From Felis catus (Eukaryota), in assembly GCF_018350175.1 (NCBI RefSeq), contig NC_058368.1, positions 93,746,001-93,810,000 of the forward strand: a DNA stretch of 64,000 bases, read 5' to 3'. How positions within the stretch are numbered: position 1 is the stretch's first letter; every line of letters starts with the position of its first letter. The notes beneath the pieces were generated by a model. The model was given only the letters and a program-made list of their open reading frames with translations. It did not search any database and was not told the origin of the DNA. Of the stretch, positions 52,261 through 64,000 are shown piece after piece. The translations under genes were made by a program, and so were the position numbers.

Positions 52261-55191
52261 GGGTTTGTGTAAACTTTGACCCAGCACTTGTCTACACTCG
52301 TTCAGCAAAATCTTGCTAATCCCCTTATTCACCTCCGATTCCGGACCCCCTTTTACTGTCAAATCTATTCGTGTCATATATAGATACAGCTCCACCTATA
52401 GATGTACAGAGATATTTTACATAATAGAACTTCCTTCTAGGTTTCTACAAACCACTGGTAAAACTGAGTGAAAATGAAAAAGCACTTATTTATGGGCTTG
52501 AACAATAAACTCTATTTCACACTTTAAAAGAAACGAAACAGGGAATTCTGCACACTGTCGGATACCAGAGGCAAAAATGCCACACTTGGTCAATAAGAAA
52601 AGAGATTCCAAAGATACTGTGTCAGGGAGGTGGAAAAAGGCCACAGATGATCCCTCCAGTCAAAGCATAGCGGAATGCACCGCCTGTTTGAAGAAATGGA
52701 TTCATTCATTCATCCCTTCACTTAATCAACATCCAGCTCCTTTTAGATGCCAAGGGCTGTTCTAGGCCTTTGGAATTCATCGTAGACTTAGACAGTGTAG
52801 ACTTAGACACACACACAAACACACACACACACACAAGGTTCCTTCTAACTTTTAGTCAGCAATTTAAACAAGTAAACAAATAGGGTATTTTTTGAGTACT
52901 TACTTTGTGTCCGCACTGTTCTAAGTAACCCAGTTAAGTATTATCATCTCCATTTCACAGATAAGGATACAAACCTAGGCATCCTGACCAGAGACGATCC
53001 TGATAGAGAAATTACACGGGTAGGTGGATAAATGCTTCTGGACCCCAAGAGACAGACTGGAGCTAAAGATGTGACTTTGGCCTTCATCTGCATGTAGAAA
53101 ATATTGTAAATAACTCTGAATGAGCTCACACAGGGAGTGTATAGATTGAAGTCTGACAACTGAGTCCTAGGGCCCTCCAACATAGGTGACCATGGACAGG
53201 AGGAGAAGGGAGACTCAGAAGGAGAGAAGGGAGAAAAACCACAAGTCTTTGGAAGAAAAACATGTTTTGAGAAGGAGAGAATGATCAACTGTGCGGTTTG
53301 CTCCCCGGGAGGTGAGTGAGATGAAAACAGGGAATAATGGTTGGATTTGGCAACGGGGAGGCCATGGCCACTGGACAAGAGCACCACCAGCGGGATGGTG
53401 AGGACCAAAGCCTCACTGAGAGGGATGAGGAGATATCGAAGGCGAGGAATAGAAATGACAGGTATTTCACAGATTGTGTGATGCAGGTGACCAGATAAAT
53501 GAGGTGCTAGCTGAAAAATGTGTGACCAGAGAAGATGTGTGATCTTTTCTGTGTTGTGTTCCCAGGGTGAGGACTCGTAGAGGGTGTTTGTACCCTGGAG
53601 CCCAGGGCACAAGTGAAAAGGCTGGTGTTTGACCTTTTTTTTATTTAAAAACAAAACATTTTATTTATTTTTGTTTATTTATTTTTGAGAGAGAGAGACA
53701 GAGTGTGAGCAGGGGAGAGGCAGAGAGAGAAGGAGACACAGAATCTGAAGCAGGCTCCAGGCCCTGAGCTGGCAGCACAGAGCCCGACCCAGGGCTCGAA
53801 CCCACGGACCATGAGATCATGACCTAGGCCAAAGTCACACACTTAACCAACTGAGCCACCCAGGTGCCCTGGGGTGTGGACTCTTCCTGACTGGAGTGTT
53901 TCAGCACAAGGTGGTTGGTAGATGTGGGGAGACCAGAGGATCTTCTCTCCTTTCCCTGTTAAGTATATAAATTATGTGTCATTTATATACTTACATTTTG
54001 TCCCAAATGAGGTCTGTTGCTATAGCACCGCCTGAGCTCTTGTTGCTGTTAGTCTAGAAAAATCTGGCAGCCTCAGGGGAAAAACAGCCAATCAACAATT
54101 TCAATGCAGTGGTCTCTGCAAGGGGCAACACAGGAATGGGTGGACACTCTAAGGGAATATACGTGCAACAATTAAGATGCCGGCTATGTTGAAGGCTTTC
54201 AGTGGTTTATCAGGACGGAGAATTCCAAGAAATGATTAAGAATCTCATAAACAGAAAACCAGAGCAGGCTTTTGCAGTGAGATTAGGCAGCTGCCTGGGT
54301 CCTCACTTCCAGGCCCCTTTCAGTGATCAGAGCTACAAAATATATTGTTATTACACGGTGTCATTGTCTTGCATTTTGCACTAATTCTAATTTAACATCA
54401 GAGGTTTGTCTTTCCTTAACCTCTTTTGGATTTGCCTTTCTCTCATACCGAAAATCTTGGTTCCTTAGGCCACGAACATATTACTTAATTGCTTTTTCTC
54501 GCAAAAATTGCATACTCTCAAATTACAGTTCCACTATCTCCACTAATAGTCAACCCACTGAGTGAAATTTTTGCAGTTCTTTTGTCCTTAGGCTATGTCC
54601 TGCACTGGCTATCCCATCAGAGTTTTTTTTTTTTTTTTAATGCTTATTTATTTTTGAGAGACCAGAGAGACAGAGCACAAGTGGGGAAGGGGCAGAGAGA
54701 GAGAGACACAGAATTGGAAGCAGGCTCCAGGCTCTGAGCTGTCCGCACAGAGACGGTTTACTGAAATCTGTCTTTTCTCTCTATGGTTATGGCATCAATT
54801 TGTTTATAGCTGGGTTCTTTCGATTGTATTTGTGTTCAGTTTCAGTGCTTCCTCTTTTTTATTTTCTCTCTGGTTTACTTTTTTAAAGAGATGTAAAACA
54901 TATGTGACATATGTAAAGCCAAAATGATCTGACAAGGTCTATTTAAAGAAGTCTTGCTAACACATCCTCTCCATGCCATTTCAAATGATCCTCGACATGT
55001 AAACATTTTTATTAATTTCTGGCTTGCCTTTCACATTTCTTTCTGCAAAAATGAATGTATACACACACACACACACACTTATACCTATGTCTACATATAT
55101 AACATATATATTATGTGCTATATATCTTACATGTGTCACATGTGTGTCATATATAACATATATGTGTTACTTATGTAGGCATATGTATAAT

Positions 55192-55193
<2 letters not shown>

Positions 55194-55226
<33 letters not shown>
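55194..55226. repeat. (TA)n microsatellite within a TA/CA low-complexity tract (55056-55232)
   Basis: Direct reading. Confidence 0.9.
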
Positions 55227-55232
<6 letters not shown>

Positions 55233-55262
55233 TTCCTTTCTCTTACAAAAACATGTAGCATA

Positions 55263-55941
55263 TTGTATTGTCTTAGAGCTGCCGTGACAAAGTATTGCAA
55301 ACTCAGTGGTTTATAACAATAGAAACTTATTCTGGGGGCGCCTGGGTGGCTCAGTTGGTTGAGCATCCGACTTCGGCTCAGGCCACGATCTCGCGGTCCG
55401 TGAGTTCGAGCCCCGCATACGGCTCTGGGCTGATGGCTCAGAGGCTGGAGCCTACTTCCGATTCTGCGTCTCCCTCTCTCTCTGCCCCTCCCCCGTTCAT
55501 GCTCTGTCTCTCTCTGTCTCAAAAATAAATAAATGTAAAAAAAAAAATTTTTTTTAAATAAAAAAAAAAAAAGAAACTTATTCTCTCACAGTTCAAGAAG
55601 CTAGAAGCCCCTTCTTGTGGCTCAGAGGCGGTATCTGTCCGATGGTGCTCTCCAACTTCTGACGGTCACTGGCAAGCTGCGGTGCTCCCTGGCTTGTGGA
55701 AGCATTACTCCAGTGTCTGCTCCCATCTTTCCATGGGCTCTCCCAGCACGATGGCTCTCTGTGTCCAAATTTTCCTCTTCTTATAAGGGCACCAGTCATT
55801 GGATTAGGGTCCATCCTAATCCAGTATAACCTTATCTTAACTTGACTACAGCTGCAAAGATCCCATCTCCAACTAAGTTCACAGGTACTGGGCGTTCGGA
55901 CTTCAGCATCTCTTGGGAAGACACAATTCAACTCATAACAC
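55263..55941 (-). mobile_element. MLT1-type LTR interrupted by a CAN-SINE (55334-55572)
   Basis: Reverse MLT1 motifs (tattctctcacagttc; cttataagggcaccagtcattggattagggtcc); SINE flanked by agaaacttattct TSD. Confidence 0.85.
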
Positions 55942-56317
55942 ATACTGTATATAATCCTCTACATGTTACGTTTTTCACCTAATAATATCTCTGGGAACTC
56001 ACTTGGTATCACTTCACAGAAATCTTCCTCTTTTTTTTTTTTTTAAGTTTATTTTGAGAGAGAGAGAGAGAGAGAGAGAGAACAGGAGGGGTGAGAGAAG
56101 GAGGGAGAGAAAGAGAATCTCAGGCAAGCCCCACCCTATCAGCACAGAGCCCCATGTGGGGCTCAAATTCATGAACTGTGAGATCATGACCTGAGCTAAA
56201 ACCAAGAGTCAGATGCTCAACCGAGCCACCCAGGCGCCCCTACGTTTGCATCTTTGAAGAGTGAAGATTTTCCTTTAAATTTATTCCGAAGCTTTTTAAA
56301 GAAAAATTTATTTATTT

Positions 56318-57709
56318 ACTTATTTTTTTTATGAAGTTTATTGACAAATTGGTTTCCATACAACACCCAGTGCTCATCCCAAAAGGTGCCCTCCTCAATA
56401 CCCATCACCCACCCTCTCCTCCCTCCCACCCCCCATCAACCCTCAGTTTGTTCTCAGTTTTTAAGAGTCTCTTATGCTTTGGCTCTCTTCCACTCTAACC
56501 TGTTTTTTTTTTTTTTCCTTCCCCTACCCCATGGGTTCCTGTTAATTTCTCAGGGTCCACATAAGAGTGAAACCATATGGTATCTGTCTTTCTCTGTATG
56601 GCTTATTTCACTTAGCATCACACTCTCCAGTTCCATCCACGTTGCTACAAAAGGCCATATTTCATTTTTTCTCATTGCCACGTAGTACTCCATTGTGTAT
56701 ATAAACCACAATTTCTTTATCCATTCATCAGTTGGTGGACATTTAGGCTCTTTCCATAATTTGGCTATTGTTGAGAGTGCTGCTATGAACATTGGGGTAC
56801 AAGTGGCCCTATGCATCAGTACTCCTGTATCCCTTGGATAAATTCCTAGCAGTGCTATTGCTGGGTCATAGGGTAGGTCTATTTTTAATTTTCTGAGGAA
56901 CCTCCACACTGCTTTCCAGAGCGGCTGCACCAATTTGCATTCCCACCAACAGTGCAAGAGGGTTCCCATTTCTCCACATCCTCACCAGCATCTATAGTCT
57001 CCTGATTTGTTCATTTTGGCCACTCTGACTGGCGTGAGGTGATACCTGAGTGTGGTTTTGATTTGTATTTCCCTGATAAGGAGCGACGCTGAACATCTTT
57101 TCATGTGCCTGTTGGCCATCCGGATGTCTTCTTTAGAGAAGTGTCTATTCATGTTTTCTGCCCATTTCTTCACTGGGTTATTTGTTTTTTGGGTGTGGAG
57201 TTTGGTGAGCTCTTTATAGATTTTGGATACTAGCCCTTTGTCTGATATGTCATTTGCGAATATCTTTTCCCATTCCGTTGGTTGCCTTTTAGTTTTGTTG
57301 GTTGTTTCCTTTGCTGTGCAGAAGCTTTTTATCTTCATAAGGTCCCAGTAATTCACTTTTGCTTTTAATTCCCTTGCCTTTGGGGATGTGTCGAGTAAGA
57401 GATTGCTACGGCTGAGGTCAGAGAGGTCTTTTCCTGCTTTCTCCTCTAGGGTTTTGATGGTTTCCTGTCTCACATTTAGGTCCTTTATCCATTTTGAGTT
57501 TATTTTTGTGAATGGTGTGAGAAAGTGGTCTAGTTTCAACCTTCTGCATGTTGCTGTCCAGTTCTCCCAGCACCATTTGTTAAAGAGGCTGTCTTTTTTC
57601 CATTGGATGTTCTTTCCTGCTTTGTCAAAGATGAGTTGGCCATACGTTTGTGGGTCTAGTTCTGGGGTTTCTATTCTATTCCATTGGTCTATGTGTCTGT
57701 TTTTGTGCC
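56318..57709 (-). mobile_element. Young 5'-truncated carnivore/felid LINE-1 (ORF2 C-terminus + 3' UTR)
   Basis: ORFs 56982..57539 and 56550..56969 are L1 ORF2 C-terminal sequence ([15 protein letters not shown]...[14 protein letters not shown]...[13 protein letters not shown]); 15-bp TSD AAAATTTATTTATTT at 56303-56317 and 57710-57724. Confidence 0.95.
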
Positions 57710-60114
57710 AAAATTTATTTATTTTTGAGAGACAGAGAGAGAGAGCACAAGCAGGGGAAGGGCAGAGAGAAAAGGAGACACAGAATCCAAAGCAGTATCC
57801 GGGCTCTGTGCTGTCAGCTCAGCTGACATGAGGCTCAAACCCACAATCTGTGAGATCATGACCTGACCTGAAGTCAAATGCTTAACCTACTGAGCCACCC
57901 AGGAGCCCCTATTCCTGTGTTTTTTATTGCAACTATAAGTGTGATTTTCCTTTCTTTCATATCATCTCACTAGTTATTCTTTGAATTTGAATATGTGAAG
58001 ATAATAGATTTTTGTTAAATTTTTATATTGCTGCTTGAATCAATTCTCTTAATTTTGGTCTTATTTTTAGAGTGATTCTTTTAGGGTTTCCATTTATGCT
58101 ACGATATTATCTGCAAACAGAGATCATGTCAGAGCTTCCCTTCCAATTCTCATATTTATATTCCAACTAGAAAGAAGGAAGAGGACTGCAAGTTTGAGTT
58201 TCCCTGAAATCAGATCATGAGTCAAGGACGTGAGCAAAGGGAGGGACCTTATTTGGGCTGTGGTCCCAGGAAGCCAAGTGAAGGAAGGGAGAAAACCCTA
58301 AAAAGAGGCTTTATTAGTTATTGCTGTGGACAGTTGGACTAACTGTACCTAGATCTCCTAAGGAAGGTCACAGAACAATCCTTAGAATAGCTCCACCAAA
58401 GGATGGAGAAGCTGAGGTATCCAATTAAGATATGCCTGTTAAGGGGCACCTGGATGGCTCAGTCAGTTGAGCGTCTGACTTTGGCTCAGGATATGATCTC
58501 GCTGTCTTGTGAGTTCGAGCCCCACATTGGGCTCTGTGCTGATAGCTCAGAGCCTGGAGCCTGCTTCCGATTCTGTGTCTCCCTCTCTCTCTGCCCCTCC
58601 CCTGTTCTCTCTCTCTCTCTCTCTCTCTCAAAAATAATAAACATTAAAAAAAAAAGATATAGCTGTTAAGGAAGAGTGAGGGCAGGTCTGGATAAAAGAA
58701 AAAAGTGTGAGCATGTATTAGAAAATAATAATCCTTACATTTGATTGCCTGTTGTGTACCAAACACTCTCATTAATCTCATAACTACCCCTTGGTGTAAA
58801 TAAAGTTGGAGTGGGTGGCTCAGTCAAGCGTCCGACTTCAGGTCAAGTCATGATCTCACAGTTTGTGAGTTCAAGCCCTGTGTAGGGCTCTGTGCTGACA
58901 GCTCAGAGACTGGAGCCTGCTTTGGATTCTGTGTCTCCCTCTCTCTCTGCCTCTCCCCTGCTTGTGCTCTATCTCTCTCTCTCTCATAAATAATAAATGA
59001 ATAAACTTAAAAAAATGCATTTATTTCTTTATTTTGAGAGTGAGAGAGAGCACAAGTGGGGAGGGGCAGAGAGAGAGGCAGGGAGAGAATCCCAAGCAGG
59101 CTTGGATTGCACTGACAGTGCAATCTCATGTGCAAACTCATGAACTGTGAGATCATGACCTGAGCTGGAATCAAAAAATCAGACGCTTAACTGACTGAGC
59201 CACCCAAGGTGCCCCTAACAAACTTTTATAGATAATATGGCTTGAATATGACAGAGCCAACTACAGAGCCTGGATCTGACTTAATAATTAATACTTACTT
59301 TCCTAAACCACAATAACCTCCAGGTCTGTTTTGCAGACTATTTTTTTCTAAAGTCCAGTGGAAAATAAAGAAGATAATCAATTGTGTTTGAATGGGTGTT
59401 GTTTTTTTTTTTAATTTTTAATGCTTATGTATTTTTGAGAGAGAGAGGGATACAGAGTGTGAGTGGGAGAGAGGCAGAGAGAGAGAGAGGGAGACCCAGA
59501 ATCCGAAGCAGGCTCCAGGCTCTGGGCTGTCAGCGTAGGGCCCGATGCGGGGCTTGAACCCACAAACCGCGAGATCATGCTCTGAGCTGAAGCCAGACGT
59601 TTAACCAACTGAACCACCCAGGCACCCCTGAATGGGTTTTTTTATTCTTTTGCAGGCAGTCCTAGGTTGGCAACCCTCACATCAACCTCAGGGAAATGAA
59701 AAATCTCCATTTGGTAGTTTTATGACTACACCACTTAGTCCTCAAAGAACACTTTTCCCTGCGAATTTCAACCTATGTGATGAGCATAAATCCATCATTT
59801 CTGAAAAAATGAATTTCAGAAAAAGTTATTGTAGGGTCATTCTTTTGCAGGTCGATAGAAAATTAAACTCATATGTCATCTCTGTATTTCCTTGGGTTTC
59901 TAGGAAAGTTTTCAGAAACTTCTAGCTCATAGGAATGAAATAACTTTTCGATAAGTATTTACTCTTTCTTGCTTGAGAATTTTCAACAAAAAGCATAGCC
60001 CTAGACGTAAGTGTGGAAGTTAAACAATTGTACATCAAGAAAATAAAAAAGAAAATACCAAGTAATGTTTGGGACTTCCATAATGTTGGAAATTTTTAAT
60101 AATTATCGTGTATT

Positions 60115-60333
60115 TTTAAAAATTTTTTTTCAACATTTATTTATTTTTGGGACAGAGAGAGACAGAGCATGAACGGGGGAGGGGCAGAGAGAGAGGGAGA
60201 CACAGAATCGGAAACAGGCTCCAGGCCCTGAGCCATCAGCCCAGAGCCCGACGCGGGGCTCGAACTCACGGACCGCGAGATCGTGACCTGGCTGAAGTTG
60301 GACGCTTAACTGACTGCTCCACCCAGGCGCCCC
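60115..60333 (-). mobile_element. Young felid CAN-SINE
   Basis: Full-length, TSD aataattatc(g/a)tgtatt on both sides. Confidence 0.92.
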
Positions 60334-60377
60334 AATAATTATCATGTATTAATTTGAACAGGTATGCTGACTCTCTC

Positions 60378-60378
60378 T

Positions 60379-60418
<40 letters not shown>

Positions 60419-60489
60419 TTTAATATGGAATTTATTGTCAAATTCGTTTCCATACAACACCCAGTGCTTATCCCAACAGGTGCCCTCCT
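60378..60489 (-). mobile_element. Very short L1 3' tip with (TTTC)n tail
   Basis: tttattgtcaaattcgtttccatacaacacccagtgcttatcccaacaggtgccctcct matches the 3' end of the L1 at 56337-56395. Confidence 0.85.
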
Positions 60490-61169
60490 GCGCTTCTTTT
60501 TATGTGAGAAAAATAATCGTCTATTTTTAAAACCACTCCTTTTTTTGGGTTTTTATTACACATAGGCAGAGATAATCCTGATAATGCCAGTTTAACATTT
60601 ACTGGTGCCTGTAAAACATAACACAAAATAAATGTCTAGTGATGTGCACAGAAACATTTTATGGCTTGCTCACACTGGAAGGAAGATCTATAAACGTTAG
60701 GGCTATGGTGAAGGAAAGACTGTGGATACCAAGCCAAGGTGCCAAGGACGGGGATATACACAGAAGTGGATGTCCCACCCCAATCTGGTCATGAAAGTAG
60801 GCGGTATCGAGAGGCTGCTCCCAGGCTGTTATAGATCACTATGCGCGAAGTACCTGGTGGCAATCTTGGTAGAATCAAGGATAAAATAAGGGAAAACAGA
60901 AAGGTTTTGGTTTTGTACAAATATGTATGTCCAAGCGTGTGCTTGACCTGGCTGCTGTCCAGTATAAGTGAATGACTGCTTGTGTAGGTCTGTTTCCTCC
61001 GCCTATCAATATTTCTGTAAGGACTGGTTTTTAGCTTGGGAGGCAGGGATGTTCACTCTCTTAGGATCATAGCTGTCAGACTCCTATAGCAAAACCACTC
61101 TTTTCATTTAAGGCTGCCAAGCCATGGGGAGACAACGTGGAGCCTGGAGCCTTCAGTACAGAGTAGACT

Positions 61170-63020
61170 AAATGATCTATTTTATAAGCTAGATCTGACA
61201 CATATTGAACTCTGTTCACTGAAAAGAAATAATACTTCTTTTTTTAACACTCATGGAACATTCACAAAAATTGACCATATATGTAGGCCCCAAAAACCCC
61301 AATAAATACCAGAAAGCAGAAATAACACAGACCTGGGGCGCCGGGGTGGCTCAGTTGGTTAAGCATGCAGCTCTTGATTTCAGCTCAGATCATGATCTCA
61401 TGGTTCAAGCCCCACGTTGGGCTCTGCCCTGACAGTGGAGAACCTGTTTAGAACTCCTTTTCCTCTCCCTGCCCTTCCCCCTGCTTGCATGCACACACTC
61501 TCTCTCAAATAAATAAACATCGAAAAAAAAAAGAAATAACACAAATATAATTCTCTGATCAGAAAGCAAATCAACTGAGAAGACAAAAAGACCCAGTGAC
61601 CTGAAACTTTAAAACTCTAAAAGAAGTCCAAGGGTGCCTGGCTGGCTCAGTCAGTAGAGCATGCTGGCTCAGTCAGGGTCATGAGCTCAAGCCCCATGTT
61701 GGGCATGGAACCTACTTAAAAAAAAAAAAATAAAAAAATAATTTAAAAAACTCTCAGAAAAGTCTAGAGTCAACAAAGATATCAAAACTAAATTTGCCAT
61801 TTAATTCCAAAAAAACACTGGTAATGCTACATATTAGTACCCAGGGATTACAGCTAAAGCAATCCTCAGAAGCAAATTTGTGGAGCTAAACATTATATTA
61901 GTAAATAAGAAAGAATAAAAGTAAATTAATTAACCACCTGACTCAGGAAGACAGAGGCAAGATCAACAACCAAAAGGAAAGAAGGAAAAATGAACTGAGA
62001 AATGTGAAAGCAGAAAACAATAAAATTAAAATCAGAGAAATGATCTCAATGAATAAATTTATCAATTAAGAAGGGTAGGGGCACCCGATGGCTCAGTCAG
62101 TTAAGTGTCCAACTATTGATGGTTCGTGAGATCAAGCCCCGAGTTGGGCTCTGTGCTGGCAACGCAGAATGAAAGAAGGAATGAATGAATGAATGAACTT
62201 TTAAAAAAAAGGGTAAACTAAACTACTAGCTAACCTGATTTAAAAAAGCACAAATATACATACTATAAAATGCAAAGGAAAATTAAAAAAAAATCATAGA
62301 TGACTATTTTGCTTAATTGTCTGCAAATAAATTTGAAAATCCAGATGAAATGAATAATTTTTCTAAGAAAATACAATTGATAGGGGCACCGGGGTGGCTT
62401 AGTTGGTTAAGCGTCTGACTTCAGCTCAGGTCATGATCTCACAGTTCATGAGTTCAAGCCCCGTGTTGGGCTCTGTGCTGACAGCTCAGAAGTCTAGAGC
62501 CTGCTTCGGATTCTGTGTCTCCCTCTCTCTCTGCCCCTCCCCCGCTCACGCTCTGTCTCTCTCCCTCTCTCAAAAATAAACATTTAAAAAATTAAGAAAA
62601 TACAATTTAATAAAATTGGTAAAATAAAAATCTAAAAATTACCTATTAAAAACCTAAGAAAAAGGATAAAAATTGTTACAATGGTAGACTCCCAAAGAAC
62701 ACCAGGCCCAGAGGACCTCACAGGCTGATCCAGAGGACTGGATCCTTAAGAAGAGTCCTCCTTATTCCAGAGGACTTCACAGGCTGATCTTAACCAAATC
62801 TTAGGAACTAAATAGGCTCTAATGCTTTTCAAATTATTCCAGAACAGGGACAAAAGAGAAAAGCTTCACAATTCTGGTAGTAAAAGTGACATATGCTTAC
62901 CAAAAACTGACAGGTAACATAAAGAAAATTACTGAAAAAAATCAATTATGAACATTGAACGCAAAAAACGTTCAGCAGTTTCAGAAACTGAATCCAGGGG
63001 CACCTTAGAAGAATTAAAGG
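61170..63020 (+). mobile_element. Old degenerate L1 ORF2 fragment, broken by four SINEs
   Basis: A-rich + strand with L1 ORF2-like remnants (catggaacattcacaaaaattgaccatat; gatgaaatgaataattttctaagaaaatacaa; ccaggcccagaggac...tcacagg). Confidence 0.7.
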
Positions 63021-63098
63021 GAAAACAGCTCCCCCCCTCCCCCCCCCCCCCCCCCCCCCCCGCCCCCGGGATTGCAAGAATGATTCAGGATCACTCAC

Positions 63099-63900
63099 TG
63101 TGTTAGGAAGCAGTTGGGTTTATTTGGTTGGCTCACTCAACATCTATTTTAGTCTCTTTTTGGAGTGCCATCCCATACTGCGGAGGCTGGTAAGCTCGGG
63201 AATCCTCATTTCCCAGAGTCCCTTGCAGCTAGGGTCCTCAATGTATGTTATGTTCGCCCATCAGAGGTACTTGTGTGAAACTCGATTTCAGAACTCAATT
63301 AAATAGGGAAAGAGGTGGTGCCTGAGGCACCCATTTTGCTGGAGTTGATTGTAGCAGACGTGGTGAAACAGTGGAGCTAACGGTCCAGCATCAGTTCATC
63401 AGTTTTGAGATCCAGAGGCGACAGATAATTCTGGCGGCAACGCCTCATTCCCAGATTACATTAAGACAGTGTGCTCCTGGGGGCGCCTGGATGGCTCAGC
63501 TGGTTAAGTGTCTAACTTCAGCTCAGGTCATGATCTCACAGTTTGTGAGTTCGAGCCCCGCGTCGGGCTCTGTGCTGACAGCTCAGAGCCTGGAGCCTGC
63601 TTTGGAATCTGTCTCCTCTTTCTGCCCCTCCCCCACTTGTGCTCTCTGTCTCTCAAATAAATAAATAAATAAATGAATAAATAAATGAAAAAAAAATTTT
63701 TTTAAATTATATTAAAAAAAAGACGGTGTGCTCCTGGAGCTAATGGATGGGAGCATGGCTTCCTGACCATGGTGGAGGGACCCCATCTCTTGGCATGGCT
63801 TTGGGAATTATTCTTAGAACCTGCTCCTCCTGCCCTCCCGATTTGTGAGCACTTGATTCCCTGTATTAAATCCCTATTTCCTGCAACTGAACTCAGGCTG
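63099..63900 (+). mobile_element. LTR33-like ERVL LTR interrupted by a CAN-SINE (63479-63695)
   Basis: catttcccagagtcccttgcagctaggg and ttccctgtattaaatccct motifs; SINE flanked by aagacagtgtgctcctgg / aagacggtgtgctcctgg. Confidence 0.6.
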
Positions 63901-64000
63901 ATAAAATAGATTAAAAGAGAAAAAAGAATTGTATGATTTTCTGCAAAGATGATGCAGTTGATAGATTTCAACATCCACATTTGATTTTTAAAAATCTTCC

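Noticed and set aside
51087..52279. Cluster of Pro/Gly/Arg-rich ORFs up to 241 aa on both strands
   Set aside because: By-products of the CpG island and G-skewed block; only 51490-51374 has a splice donor and joins the gene in frame.
52944..53654. 236-aa minus-strand ORF
   Set aside because: Overlies an L2/MIR-like remnant and a SINE tail; no family resemblance or splice structure.
62708..62789. Repeat-spacer-repeat resembling a CRISPR unit
   Set aside because: Only two repeats, spacer derived from the flank, mammalian context, no cas genes.

Overview
Mammalian genomic DNA, almost certainly from a cat-family carnivore: it carries about 60 tRNA-derived CAN-SINEs, including very young SINEC_Fc-type copies, plus carnivore L1 3' ends. 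The species cannot be fixed from the sequence alone. Two tandem minus-strand protein-coding genes are present. CCDC112 is complete: 10 coding exons from 51490 down to 20835, all introns GT-AG, 1590 nt = 529 aa + stop. About 3.7 kb further downstream is the 5' part of PGGT1B (geranylgeranyltransferase type I beta): coding exons 1-2 at 16539-16400 and 7733-7615, with the rest lying left of the window. Each gene has a CpG-island promoter. The remainder is introns and intergenic DNA packed with SINEs, L1 (old L1M and young carnivore L1), L2, MLT1/MER21/LTR33-type LTRs and MER5/MER20 DNA transposons; subfamily names are from recall, not a database search. No prokaryote-type system (CRISPR etc.) is present. 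The observations most worth following up are: an apparent L1 3' transduction (45491-46245); an exon-phase match that would make a CCDC112 exon 9 to PGGT1B exon 2 read-through in frame; a 3'-truncated U2 snRNA retrocopy that reused a SINE target site; loss of the Met that starts the human short CCDC112 isoform; and near-identical inverted SINEs around CCDC112 exons 5-6. Gene names rest on recognising the manually spliced translations; repeat boundaries are approximate.
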